DNA of 63,836 nucleotides, filler included, from Rhizaria sp. SCN 62-66 (Eukaryota), in the NCBI GenBank assembly GCA_001724265.1. It is 3 parts of 3 records of this genome, joined end to end, with 100 filler letters (N's around TTAATTAATTAA, not from the genome) between each part and the next. Parts side by side here need not be neighbours in the genome. Positions count along the whole stretch, not along the records: positions 1 to 30,919 come from MEDY01000439.1; 2 more parts are not named here. One strand, 5' to 3'. The notes under the pieces were generated by a model that saw only the letters and a list, made by a program, of their open reading frames with translations, did not search any database and was not told the DNA's origin. Every line of letters starts with the position of its first letter. Positions within the stretch are counted from its first letter, which is position 1. Made by a program: the position numbers and the translations under genes. Shown piece after piece: positions 1 through 9,334 of the stretch.

Positions 1-1
1 C

Positions 2-142
2 CTCGGCTACCACCTGGTCGAGATCAAGCCCCAGATGATGGGCCACTACCTCGGCGAGTTCTCCCTCACCTACACCCCCGTCCGCCACGGTGGCAAGGCC
101 GCGTCCTCCACCGCGGTCCAGAAGTTCATCGATCTCAAGTAA
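2..142 (+). CDS. RPS15: 40S ribosomal protein S15 (uS19), 3' fragment
   Basis: Frame 2 reads [46 protein letters not shown] then TAA. This matches the conserved uS19 C-terminus [22 protein letters not shown]...FIPLK. Not in the ORF track. Confidence 0.93.
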   Translation, partial: LGYHLVEIKPQMMGHYLGEFSLTYTPVRHGGKAASSTAVQKFIDLK

Positions 143-720
143 GTGCACCGGCTGCCCGTCCCGTGTCGTCCTGTGCCTCATGACGCTCTCATTTGCTGCG
201 GCTCCGTCTCTCCACCGCTCCGCACTGAGAGTGCTGCCTGCTCCGCACGTGCTTTACGCGCGGAGCGACAGCCCGAATGTGAACCAGTCAACGTTGCTCT
301 TATTTCGCGTCTTTAAACCTCTACCAAAATAAAACAAATTTTCAAACACACCCCCATCTTGCCTGCTCTATCCTCGCATTTGTGTCTCGTAGGTGATCTG
401 CCCGCACCGTTTCCTCTCGTTCGCTGTCCTATCAACGACCAAGTCTCGAAACATTCAACATGCGTGCGCCATTGTCTGAGCGTCACATGATATGGTTTTC
501 TTTTTTCCGAAGTATTATTTTTATTTGCATTCTTTACTTAAATATATTCTTGTTCTGTGCTCTTTAAGATACTTGACTGTCTCTTCCTACTCACACCTCA
601 ACGGCTCTCCCCATCAACGCTTCTTCGCCACTACCCTATGGCCCCACAGCCTCTTTATCACTCCTCTGAAGCATAGCCAACGGCATTGAGAGGTAATTTG
701 CTTTTAACCTGTTGATTTTG

Positions 721-3700
721 ATGTCTTACGCGCCTCCTGGCTCGGCGGCGCCATCGGCAGCGCCCGAGCCCCCGTCGAGCTACCGCGACCGTTTCCGCCA
801 GCTCCTCTCTGCTCAGACGCGCTTCCACGACGACTACCGCGTCCTCGCCGCCCCGCACTCAGTCATCACGCCCAATGCCGCGCCCCCCGCGCCCGCGCGC
901 GTGCTGGCATGGGGCGACGAAGACCTCGCCGCCGTGCTCGCCGCCGCGCCGCCGCCGGACCCATACCGGCACTATCCGCAGCAACCGCTCGCCTACACGC
1001 CGACGACAGCAACATACGCGCGGCATGCGGTGCCTGCGTCCGTGCCCGTGCCGGCCAGTGCGAGTGCCGGCTACGGCGGCGTCGGCGGGGTTCCTCTGCC
1101 GGGTCAGTTGCATCCCGGCGTGTACCACATCGTTTCCCCTGTCCACTCCGCATCTCAACCCTATGCACATGCACAGCAACACGCAATGCACCACACAGCA
1201 CAGCATGCGGCCCAACACACAGGGCAGCAACCCGTGGTACTGCTGCAGGGCCCGCCGCACGCAGTTAGCCGCAACAACCCGCTGCACAGTCACGCTCCTA
1301 CTCATGCAACCCCCGTTTCTGCCTCCGCTGCCCCGCACACCGCGTATGCAGCGCACTCGTCTCATGCCGCCATCGCCAGTGCAGCGCTCTTGAGCGTGAA
1401 CGCGCCAGCAACTGCAACTGCGAGCGTCAGTGCCCGGGACCCGCGCGCGGGACTGCCAACAGTGCGCGCGGCGGAGCGTTCGCGGCCCCTGCGGCCACAG
1501 TCCGATGACAGCGGCAGCAACCGTCGGCAAAGCCACGCCCACAGTCGCGGGCACAGAGGAGCTGCGGGCGGACGGCGTGTGGCGTTTGACTGCGACAGCC
1601 CCAGCGGCGGCACACACGCCAACGACGCCGAGGGCGAGGCCGGCGATGGCGGCGACTGGACCTATGACAGCGACACGGCCACCACCACCACCAACAACAA
1701 CAGCAATATCCCTAACGCTGAATTTATTGATAACGCGGAGGTGGACGACACGCGCGAGTACGCTGCGTACACGGTCACGGCCGAGCTCAACGACACCGCG
1801 GGCGCCGAGGCCGCGTCTGCAGGCGCTTTGGCCGCGGCGGCGAGCGCGACTGCGTTTCACAAGGCCACGGCCACGATGGCGGAGGCCGCTGCAGAGCGCA
1901 GGGGCGACGGAAACAACGGCGAAGACAACAGCCGCCAAGGCACTGCCGGGGTCTACGAGGGTGCCGAATACGGCGATAACGCTGCTCATGTCGTTAACGC
2001 TGAGGACGATCACGGCTACACTGACAACGATGTTGATGCTGACTATGACGACGACGTTGACATGGCCGCGCTTGACAATGATGACGACGACGAAGCTGAG
2101 ACTGAAGAGGAGTGGGCCACACCCGCCGGCCCGAGCGCAAACCCCAGTGCTCGGCCCAGTGTCGACCGCGCCCAGTTAGAAGAGCTGGACCAGCTCCTCG
2201 AGAGTGAGCGCGCCTCCATCAGCCACCTCCGCGACCACAACCGCAGCCGCGATGGCCAGCGCCACCACAGCGCGAGCGCGAGCGCCCGTGAGAGCGGGCC
2301 TGAGAGCCACGCCGAGCAGCAGGCGCGCTGGCACCGCGCGTGGCTCGACCAGCAGGCCGCGCAGGCCGCGGCGCACGCGCGCGCGGCCACGCTTGACGCC
2401 GCGACGGCCGCGACGTGGGCCGCTGCTGAAGCCGAGGCGGTTGCGCAAGTGGGGTTACAGACCGCGGCGGCCAGCTCCGAAGACAACACCGACCCGGCGC
2501 CGCGCTTACTAGCGTGGGGGTCTGCGGCGCAGGCGCGGCGGGCGACGGCCGCGGCGGCGCAGCGCGCGGCACAGCTTCAGCAGCTCGCGCGCGAGTGCCC
2601 GTTCGAGCCCGCAGTGGCGCCGCGCAGCGCCGCGCTTGCCGCGTCAGTCCGCGCTGCAGAGGGACGCGCTGGTGCAAGCGGCAATAGCGCGGACAACGCC
2701 AGTCAGCTGCACGCGGAGGCGGCGGCGCGGGCGGAGCGGCGCGCGCGGGCGGCCGCGGCTGCTGCGGCTAGGGAGCTGGACGGCGCGACGTTTGCTCCCG
2801 TGCTGTCTGAGGCTTCGCGCGCAATGATCGACGCACTCAAACAGCACCGCGTCGCACTCTGGCGCCAGCAGCGCGAATCCGCCGCCGCCGCAGCCGCCGT
2901 CGCCGGAGGTCACAGTGACCGCCGCGAGCCAGATGCAGGTTCTTCCTCTGCGCATCCGGCGCCGGCGCCGCTGTGGGCGTTCCAACCGCACGTGTCTGAG
3001 CGCTCCAAGGCGCTAGCAGAGCGCGCCGAGAAGCGCAGGCTTGCGCGCGCCGCCGCAACACAGGCCGCCGCCGCCGCCGCCGAAGCCGCGGGCGCAGCGC
3101 TGGCCAGTCCGCTTTCCCGCGCGCGCGCCGCCGGGAGCGACCGCGCACAGGCCGCGCTGGCCGCAGCGAGCGGCGCCGTGGCCGCCGCCAAGGCCGTTTC
3201 TGACGCGGGGCCGGCGTGCCGCCGCAGCACCATCGCGCCGCGCACGCCCGTTGCCGCGCCCGCGCCCGTCGCAGCGTTCACGGGACCCGGAGACGCAGCC
3301 GCATTGCAGCCCACTGCACGCGCGACCAGTGTGCACTCGGGCGCTGGAGCTGGCGCTGGGGCTGGCGCTGGGGCTGGGGCCGCTTCTGTGGAGACTGCGC
3401 GGGCGCGTGGACGCGGGCGCGAGCGCTCGAGCTCAGTCTCGTCGCCCTCTGCATCTGCTGCTGTGTCTGCACGCTCGTCGTCCCGGAGCTCTGCGCGCGC
3501 GCGTGCGCCATCGATCTCGGCTTCCGTGCTGTCGGGCTCTGCGTCGGCCGCGTCCCTGCTGCCCACGGGCTCGACAAGCACGGGTTCCGCTGTGACCACG
3601 AGTACCGGTGCCGCTGCCTGTGAGACGCCATCCGTAGTTGTGCGTTTGTTAAGCCGCGGGGCCGACCGTGCGCACCGGATGCTGCAGCTGCGCGCCGAAG

Positions 3701-5064
3701 CCGAGGCCCGCCGCCGCGTTGCGTGCCCCTTCCAGCCCGCGCGCCCGGCCTCCGCTGCGACTGCGGCGCCTGCTCAGGGCGACGCCGCTCACTGCGACAA
3801 CACTGCCGCGCCCGCAGCGTCGGCTGCGACAGAGAGCTTTCTGGAGCGACAACGCGCGTTCGAGCTCAAGCGCGCCGAACAGCAGGCCGCTTTGGCGCGC
3901 GCGGCGACGCCGTCTTTTGCGCCCGCGCTGACACCCGGCACGGCCGCAGTGCTTGCCCAGTCCCGCTGCCGCACCGCGCTGGCGCACGAGACGCCGGAGG
4001 AGCGCGCGGTGCGTTTGTCCGCTCTCGACGCTGTGGCGCGCGCTCAGGCGCAGCGGCGGGCGCAAGACGCCGCGCTCGCGCAGTTGCCGTTTAAGCCGGA
4101 GATTTCGGCCGTTAGCGCGGTGCTTGCCGCCAAGCGCCGCGCGCAGGCAGCTGAGGACGAGGCACGCATCGCTGCCGCTGCTGCTGCTGCTGCTGCTGCG
4201 AGCGCGACGCCGGCCAAGCGTGTTGTTGCGCCTGCCGCTGCGGCGGCCACGCCGAGCGCAAGCGCCGCCACAGCGCATTACGCACGGCCCCGCGAAGTCG
4301 ACACTCTAGCGACTCCGAATGCCGCGGGTGCGAGCGCGAGCGCGAGTGCGAGCGTGGCGCGTGCGCGGAGTTCTAGCGTGCGCCGACCGCTGACAGCCGT
4401 GGCCGCGGAGGTCGAGCGCGCGCGCATGGCCGAGTGCACGTTTGCGCCTGCCGTGAGCAACGTCTCGCGCATCCTCGCGCGCGACGCTGTGACCGTGGCG
4501 CAAATAACAAACCCCGCGCTGCCAGGCCGCGCGCAGCCCGAAGACTACGCAGAGTTCCTTCGCGCGCGCGAGCACGTGCGCACGCACGCCGTCACACAGG
4601 CGCGCGCTGAGGAGGACCGTCGCGAGATGCAGGAGTGCTCTTTCCAGCCTGCGCGCGCGGCGCGGTCGTTCACGCCCGGTTTATTACTCACCGAGGTCCC
4701 TGCGCCGGCCGTGGCTGGTTTGGACCGGTTCATGGCGGTGCGCGAGCTCAAGGCGCGCCAGGAGGCCGAGCTGGAGGAGCGCCGCCAGCGTGCGTTTGGC
4801 TTTGGCATCAATGACGCGCACCCGGCCGCGCGGCTGCGGAAACAGGCGCACGCGCAGGGCGGCACTGTGGTTCAGCCCTTCGCTCTGTCTCATGGGTCAA
4901 CGGCACACTCGCGAGAGGCTGCGGAGCGTGCGCAGCGCGAGCGCGAGGCCGCAGAGCTGCCGTTTAGGCCGGAGACCGTGGGTCGAGCGCAGAGGGAGCT
5001 GCTGCAGCGCGTGCTTGCCAGCGAGGAGGCGCGCGCCGCTGCTGCGGGCGTGCCTGTGTGGTGA
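721..5064 (+). CDS. Hypothetical ~1447-aa Ala-rich protein with repeated (E/C)xFxPx(V/I)SxxS motifs, possibly cytoskeletal
   Basis: Long ORF with coding-like bias; ATG at 721, TGA stop. About 9 copies of the motif (e.g. ECPFEPAV, ATFAPVLS, LPFKPEIS, ECTFAPAVS, ECSFQP, LPFRPET). Confidence 0.75.
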   Translation: MSYAPPGSAAPSAAPEPPSSYRDRFRQLLSAQTRFHDDYRVLAAPHSVITPNAAPPAPARVLAWGDEDLAAVLAAAPPPDPYRHYPQQPLAYTPTTATYARHAVPASVPVPASASAGYGGVGGVPLPGQLHPGVYHIVSPVHSASQPYAHAQQHAMHHTAQHAAQHTGQQPVVLLQGPPHAVSRNNPLHSHAPTHATPVSASAAPHTAYAAHSSHAAIASAALLSVNAPATATASVSARDPRAGLPTVRAAERSRPLRPQSDDSGSNRRQSHAHSRGHRGAAGGRRVAFDCDSPSGGTHANDAEGEAGDGGDWTYDSDTATTTTNNNSNIPNAEFIDNAEVDDTREYAAYTVTAELNDTAGAEAASAGALAAAASATAFHKATATMAEAAAERRGDGNNGEDNSRQGTAGVYEGAEYGDNAAHVVNAEDDHGYTDNDVDADYDDDVDMAALDNDDDDEAETEEEWATPAGPSANPSARPSVDRAQLEELDQLLESERASISHLRDHNRSRDGQRHHSASASARESGPESHAEQQARWHRAWLDQQAAQAAAHARAATLDAATAATWAAAEAEAVAQVGLQTAAASSEDNTDPAPRLLAWGSAAQARRATAAAAQRAAQLQQLARECPFEPAVAPRSAALAASVRAAEGRAGASGNSADNASQLHAEAAARAERRARAAAAAAARELDGATFAPVLSEASRAMIDALKQHRVALWRQQRESAAAAAAVAGGHSDRREPDAGSSSAHPAPAPLWAFQPHVSERSKALAERAEKRRLARAAATQAAAAAAEAAGAALASPLSRARAAGSDRAQAALAAASGAVAAAKAVSDAGPACRRSTIAPRTPVAAPAPVAAFTGPGDAAALQPTARATSVHSGAGAGAGAGAGAGAASVETARARGRGRERSSSVSSPSASAAVSARSSSRSSARARAPSISASVLSGSASAASLLPTGSTSTGSAVTTSTGAAACETPSVVVRLLSRGADRAHRMLQLRAEAEARRRVACPFQPARPASAATAAPAQGDAAHCDNTAAPAASAATESFLERQRAFELKRAEQQAALARAATPSFAPALTPGTAAVLAQSRCRTALAHETPEERAVRLSALDAVARAQAQRRAQDAALAQLPFKPEISAVSAVLAAKRRAQAAEDEARIAAAAAAAAAASATPAKRVVAPAAAAATPSASAATAHYARPREVDTLATPNAAGASASASASVARARSSSVRRPLTAVAAEVERARMAECTFAPAVSNVSRILARDAVTVAQITNPALPGRAQPEDYAEFLRAREHVRTHAVTQARAEEDRREMQECSFQPARAARSFTPGLLLTEVPAPAVAGLDRFMAVRELKARQEAELEERRQRAFGFGINDAHPAARLRKQAHAQGGTVVQPFALSHGSTAHSREAAERAQREREAAELPFRPETVGRAQRELLQRVLASEEARAAAAGVPVW

Positions 5065-5483
5065 ACCACAGTCACCATCAGAGTTTGGGTGCTTACTCAT
5101 CCTACATTCTAAATGAATTATATAGCTTTTATTTCTTCAGTATACATATATTTCTTCTATGTTAACACTTTTTACGTTGCCTGGTTGCGATTGCCCCTGA
5201 CTTTTCATGATGCGATTCCCCCTCAGTTGTTCAAGTGACAAGGTGTTCAAGTTGCTGACTGTCGCAGCTTTCAGAATAGAATCCATATCGCACGACAACG
5301 TCGCTGAAATCACTCATGACATTGTTAATGATAACATTTTATTGTGCATATTAACGTTGTATTTCCATTAAACTCTATCACAGTTTGTTGAGGTTGATAT
5401 GCTTGATGCAAATACTGTATCATATTCGCTTGTCAGTTCATCGTCCATCCCAACTACACTTCGCTCGACCGACGCAGCATGTT

Positions 5484-5864
5484 ATGCAGTTACAGTCAAC
5501 AGTGTCTATTGTCTCTCTGTTTGCCGTCTTTGTACTTCTCACGCTTGCGGCTCACGTCGCCTTCGCTGTTGCGCCGCCTGCGCGCCGGTTAATTCGTCGC
5601 GAGACTGGCCCCGCGCGCATCGACCCGCGCTACACGTCCTCCGAGCGTTGGGGTTCAGGCGTCTCATCGCTCAAATTCCCCCTGGACACCGAGAATGAGT
5701 CCTTTGCGCAGGCTCGCGCATCAACAACTGCACCTGCAGTCATGGGGCCGCGGCTTCGCACGGCAGGCGGCCCGCTCAATGTGGTCACTTGGCGTGCGGG
5801 GCCACCAGTGCCTGGCGCTCCGACATCACGTCACATCCCCGTCAACGTAAACCCAACAGTTTAA
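5484..5864 (+). CDS. Small putative secreted protein (126 aa)
   Basis: ATG 5484 followed by a hydrophobic signal-peptide-like stretch (VSIVSLFAVFVLLTLAAHVAFA). GC-rich island within AT-rich DNA; TAA stop. Confidence 0.55.
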   Translation: MQLQSTVSIVSLFAVFVLLTLAAHVAFAVAPPARRLIRRETGPARIDPRYTSSERWGSGVSSLKFPLDTENESFAQARASTTAPAVMGPRLRTAGGPLNVVTWRAGPPVPGAPTSRHIPVNVNPTV

Positions 5865-6217
5865 TCGTTTCAACTTGGTTTAGAGCTTTTAAGCGCATTT
5901 TTAACTTGATACCCCTCAATTCTAGCCTATATCGAACTCCTTTTCAAGTTCCACCACAAACACTTCTGCGGCATCGTCTGCTTTGAGCTGATGATGCACC
6001 GAAGTCCCGATACAATCAAATAGATCTCTATCCTCAATTATCAGACGAGTTTCAATGAAAAGAATGAAAACAAAATTACGGGCGCATATAGCATACTGAT
6101 TAAATATTCAGATCTTGTGAAAAGCCGTTCGTAGCCTAAACGCACGGCTTGAATCTTGATAGCGTCTTCTCACCACGTCGTCCTCCTTCTCATGTCTTAA
6201 TGCTACGCCTGTGACAG

Positions 6218-9091
6218 ATGATCAAGACCGGAGCGTCTGTTGCCAAGAGCAGCAAGGCGGTTTGGGGTGCCGTCCGTGCCCTCGACTTTTCCTTCACCTC
6301 CCCCTTCACCCTCTCGTGCCTGAAGGACGCTAAGGCGAACAAGTACACCGTCACTGAGGGCTCTTGCGACACCGCGCCCAAGCGTGCGGAGAAGTCCAAG
6401 GAGGACAAGGAGAACACCGCCAAGTCGATGGCCGCCGCGTGGACTGCTGTTGACAGCGTGCGCTCGCTGTCCGTGCCCGCGGAGGACGTCTCGAAGCTCT
6501 CTGAACTCGCGCGCGTCTTCCTGCGTGACAACACCGACGTCAAGCTCACTGCCTTTGACGAGGACGCCATGCGTCTGTCCTTCGAGATCCTCGCTCCCGC
6601 GCAGGTCACTCTCTCCGCCGAGGACGCCGCCAGTGTGCTGCCCGCCGAGGCGGTCGCCGGCGCTGTGCCGCCCTTCGTTTTCCCTCTCGTCCGCGCCCAC
6701 TCGCTGACTCTCGCCGCCGACGGCGACGACAAGTGCACCGTCTCTCTCGAGGCCAACGTCGCCGACGACGCCGCCGCCGCCGCGTCCCCGCTCGCGCGCG
6801 CCTTCTGCGCCGCATACCACGAGTTTCTGCTCGCCTCGCTCACCGCGGCGGTGTCTGGCGCGTACCCGTTCTCACCGCGCCGCGCCGTGTTCGACGAGTA
6901 CTTCGGCACGACCGTGGCGGACCCGTTCCGCTGGCTCGAGGACCCGGACTCGGCCGACACCCAGGCCTGGGTCACGGCACAGAACGCCGCCACGGACGCC
7001 GTACTGGGCGGGCTCGACGCGCGCGAGCGCATCCGTGAGCAGCTCACGGGCATGTACAACTACGAGCGGTACACCATGGTGCGCAAGGAGGGCGAGTTCT
7101 ACTACTACTCCAAGAACGACGGTCTGCAGAACCAGTACGTCATGTACCAGACGAGCTCCATCACGGACCCGGGCCGCGTGTTCCTTGACCCCACCGCGCT
7201 CGACCCCTCGGGCACCTCGGCGCTGGGCTCCCGCGCCTTCTCCGAGTCCGGCAAGCTCTACGCGTACGGCGTGTGCAAGAACGGTTCCGACTGGAACACC
7301 GTCTTCGTCAAGCGCACCGACACGCTCGAAGTGCTCGCCGACGAGCTGCACTGGGTCAAGTTCTCATCCATCGCGTGGACGCACGACGACGCCGGGTTCT
7401 TCTACTGCCGCTACCCGGCCCCCAGCGGACTCGCCGACGCCGACGCAGGCAAGCGCGGCACTGAGACCGACTCCGCGGGCGGCCAGGCCGTGTACTACCA
7501 CCGCGTGGGCACTGCGCAGAGCGAGGACGTCGAGGTTTTCTCCGCGCCGAGTGAGCCTGCGTGGATGTTCGGCGTCACTGTCTCCGACTGCGGCAAGTAT
7601 GTCTTTATCTCCACCGTCGACTCGTGCGACCCCGTGAACCGGCTCTTCTACTTCCGTCTCGCTGACTTCACCGCCGGCGACTGGAAGCCCGCCGCGAGCG
7701 TGATCAAGCTTGTCGACGATTTCGAGTCCGGCTACGAGTACGTCACCAACGACGGCGCGCGCTGCCTCTTCAAGACCAACCGCGCTGCCCCGCGCTCGCG
7801 CGTCGTCGCGCTCGATCTCGACGCTGCCACCGCGGCCTCCGCCGTCGCGGGCGGCTCGGGCGCCGCCGCCACGGCCGCCGTCATCGCGCTCTTGGAGGAG
7901 GTCGTGCCGCAGCACCCGACCGGCGGCGTGCTCGGCGACGTGCAGACGAGCCACGGCAAGATGGTGCTCAACTACACCGTCGACGTGTGCGACGTGCTCG
8001 AGGTGCGCTCGCTCGACGGCAAGCTCGACTCGGCTGTTGACTTCGGTTTCCTGCCGAAGTTCTCGTCGCTGGCCGTGCTGGGCAAGAAGAGCTCAGCGGA
8101 GCTGTCGATCTTCGTTACCAACGCGCTCTACGCAGGATCGGCCTACGTGTTCGACATGAGCACGGGCGCGCACGTCGTGTTCAAGAACTCAAACCCCAAG
8201 GGATTCGACGCCGACAAGTTCGTCGTGGAGCAGGTCTTCTTCCCCTCGGTCGACGGCACCAAGATCCCGATGTTCATCACCCACAAGAAGGGCCTCGCGC
8301 TCGAGGGCGCGAACCCGACGTACTTGTACGGCTACGGTGGCTTCAACATCACGCTCGGCCCCAGCTTCTCCATCAACCGCTGGCTCTGGATGGAGCACTT
8401 CAACGGCGTCGCCGTCGTCGCCAACATGCGTGGTGGCGGCGAGTACGGCAATGAGTGGCACAAGGCCGGCTGCCACGACAAGAAGCAGAACGTCTTTGAC
8501 GACTTCTACAGCGCCGCTAAGTACCTTGTCGACAACAAGTACACCAGCTACTCCAAGATCGGCGTCCACGGCGGCTCCAACGGCGGTCTCCTCATCGCGG
8601 CCTCGATCAACCAGCGCCCGCAGAGCTTTGGCGCCGCCGTGGCGGCCGTGGGCGTGCTGGACATGCTGCGCTTCCACAAGTTCACCATCGGCAACGCGTG
8701 GTGTTCTGACTACGGCTGCTCCGAAGAGAGCGCCAAGGCCTTCGCCACACTGCGCGCCTACTCCCCGCTGCACACCGTGCCCGCGGCCGAGGCCGCTGCG
8801 CTGCCGCCCGTGATGCTGACTACGGCGGACCACGACGACCGCGTCGTGCCGCTGCACTCGTTCAAGTACATCGCTGAGGCGCAGCGTCTACACTGCCTCG
8901 CCGGCCCCTCCGTGTCCTCCGCCGTCGCCGCCGGCGTCGCCAAGAATGCGCTTGACAAGGCACCCGTGGTGATCCGCATTGAGACCAACGCGGGCCACGG
9001 TGCCGGCAAGCCCCTTAACAAGGTCATTGCCGAGCATGCCGATGTCTTCGGCTTCTTTGCCAAGTACCTCGGTGCCACCTGGACCGCGTAA
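6218..9091 (+). CDS. PREP: Prolyl oligopeptidase (S9A) with ~215-aa N-terminal SRPBCC/polyketide-cyclase-like domain
   Basis: POP start motif YP..RR..DEYFG..VADPFRWLED. Catalytic motifs GGSNGG (Ser), ADHDDRV (Asp) and AGHGAGK (His), plus YGYGGFN and DMLRFHKFTIG. TAA stop. Confidence 0.95.
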   Translation: MIKTGASVAKSSKAVWGAVRALDFSFTSPFTLSCLKDAKANKYTVTEGSCDTAPKRAEKSKEDKENTAKSMAAAWTAVDSVRSLSVPAEDVSKLSELARVFLRDNTDVKLTAFDEDAMRLSFEILAPAQVTLSAEDAASVLPAEAVAGAVPPFVFPLVRAHSLTLAADGDDKCTVSLEANVADDAAAAASPLARAFCAAYHEFLLASLTAAVSGAYPFSPRRAVFDEYFGTTVADPFRWLEDPDSADTQAWVTAQNAATDAVLGGLDARERIREQLTGMYNYERYTMVRKEGEFYYYSKNDGLQNQYVMYQTSSITDPGRVFLDPTALDPSGTSALGSRAFSESGKLYAYGVCKNGSDWNTVFVKRTDTLEVLADELHWVKFSSIAWTHDDAGFFYCRYPAPSGLADADAGKRGTETDSAGGQAVYYHRVGTAQSEDVEVFSAPSEPAWMFGVTVSDCGKYVFISTVDSCDPVNRLFYFRLADFTAGDWKPAASVIKLVDDFESGYEYVTNDGARCLFKTNRAAPRSRVVALDLDAATAASAVAGGSGAAATAAVIALLEEVVPQHPTGGVLGDVQTSHGKMVLNYTVDVCDVLEVRSLDGKLDSAVDFGFLPKFSSLAVLGKKSSAELSIFVTNALYAGSAYVFDMSTGAHVVFKNSNPKGFDADKFVVEQVFFPSVDGTKIPMFITHKKGLALEGANPTYLYGYGGFNITLGPSFSINRWLWMEHFNGVAVVANMRGGGEYGNEWHKAGCHDKKQNVFDDFYSAAKYLVDNKYTSYSKIGVHGGSNGGLLIAASINQRPQSFGAAVAAVGVLDMLRFHKFTIGNAWCSDYGCSEESAKAFATLRAYSPLHTVPAAEAAALPPVMLTTADHDDRVVPLHSFKYIAEAQRLHCLAGPSVSSAVAAGVAKNALDKAPVVIRIETNAGHGAGKPLNKVIAEHADVFGFFAKYLGATWTA

Positions 9092-9334
9092 GCGTCCGCG
9101 TGTGCTGTTTGTGTTCAGGGTTGTGAGTCGATCAGTGGGAAGCTTATGAGGTGATTCTGATCGACACTGGATGTGATGATGGGCGATGATACTTCAATAT
9201 GTGAGGCATAGAATGCCAACTTGCAATACAAAACTTAGCGATTTTATAAACTCAAAGAAGATGTGAGCCACCACAGCGATAAATAATGTGACTGTATTAA
9301 CATTCATTGCTAATGTAAAGAAAAGATTTGAGAA

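Noticed and set aside
9127-9165. 9-bp hairpin (gtcgatcag/ctgatcgac) in the POP 3' UTR as SECIS or C/D snoRNA
   Set aside because: No in-frame TGA in POP, no SECIS core and no properly placed C box.
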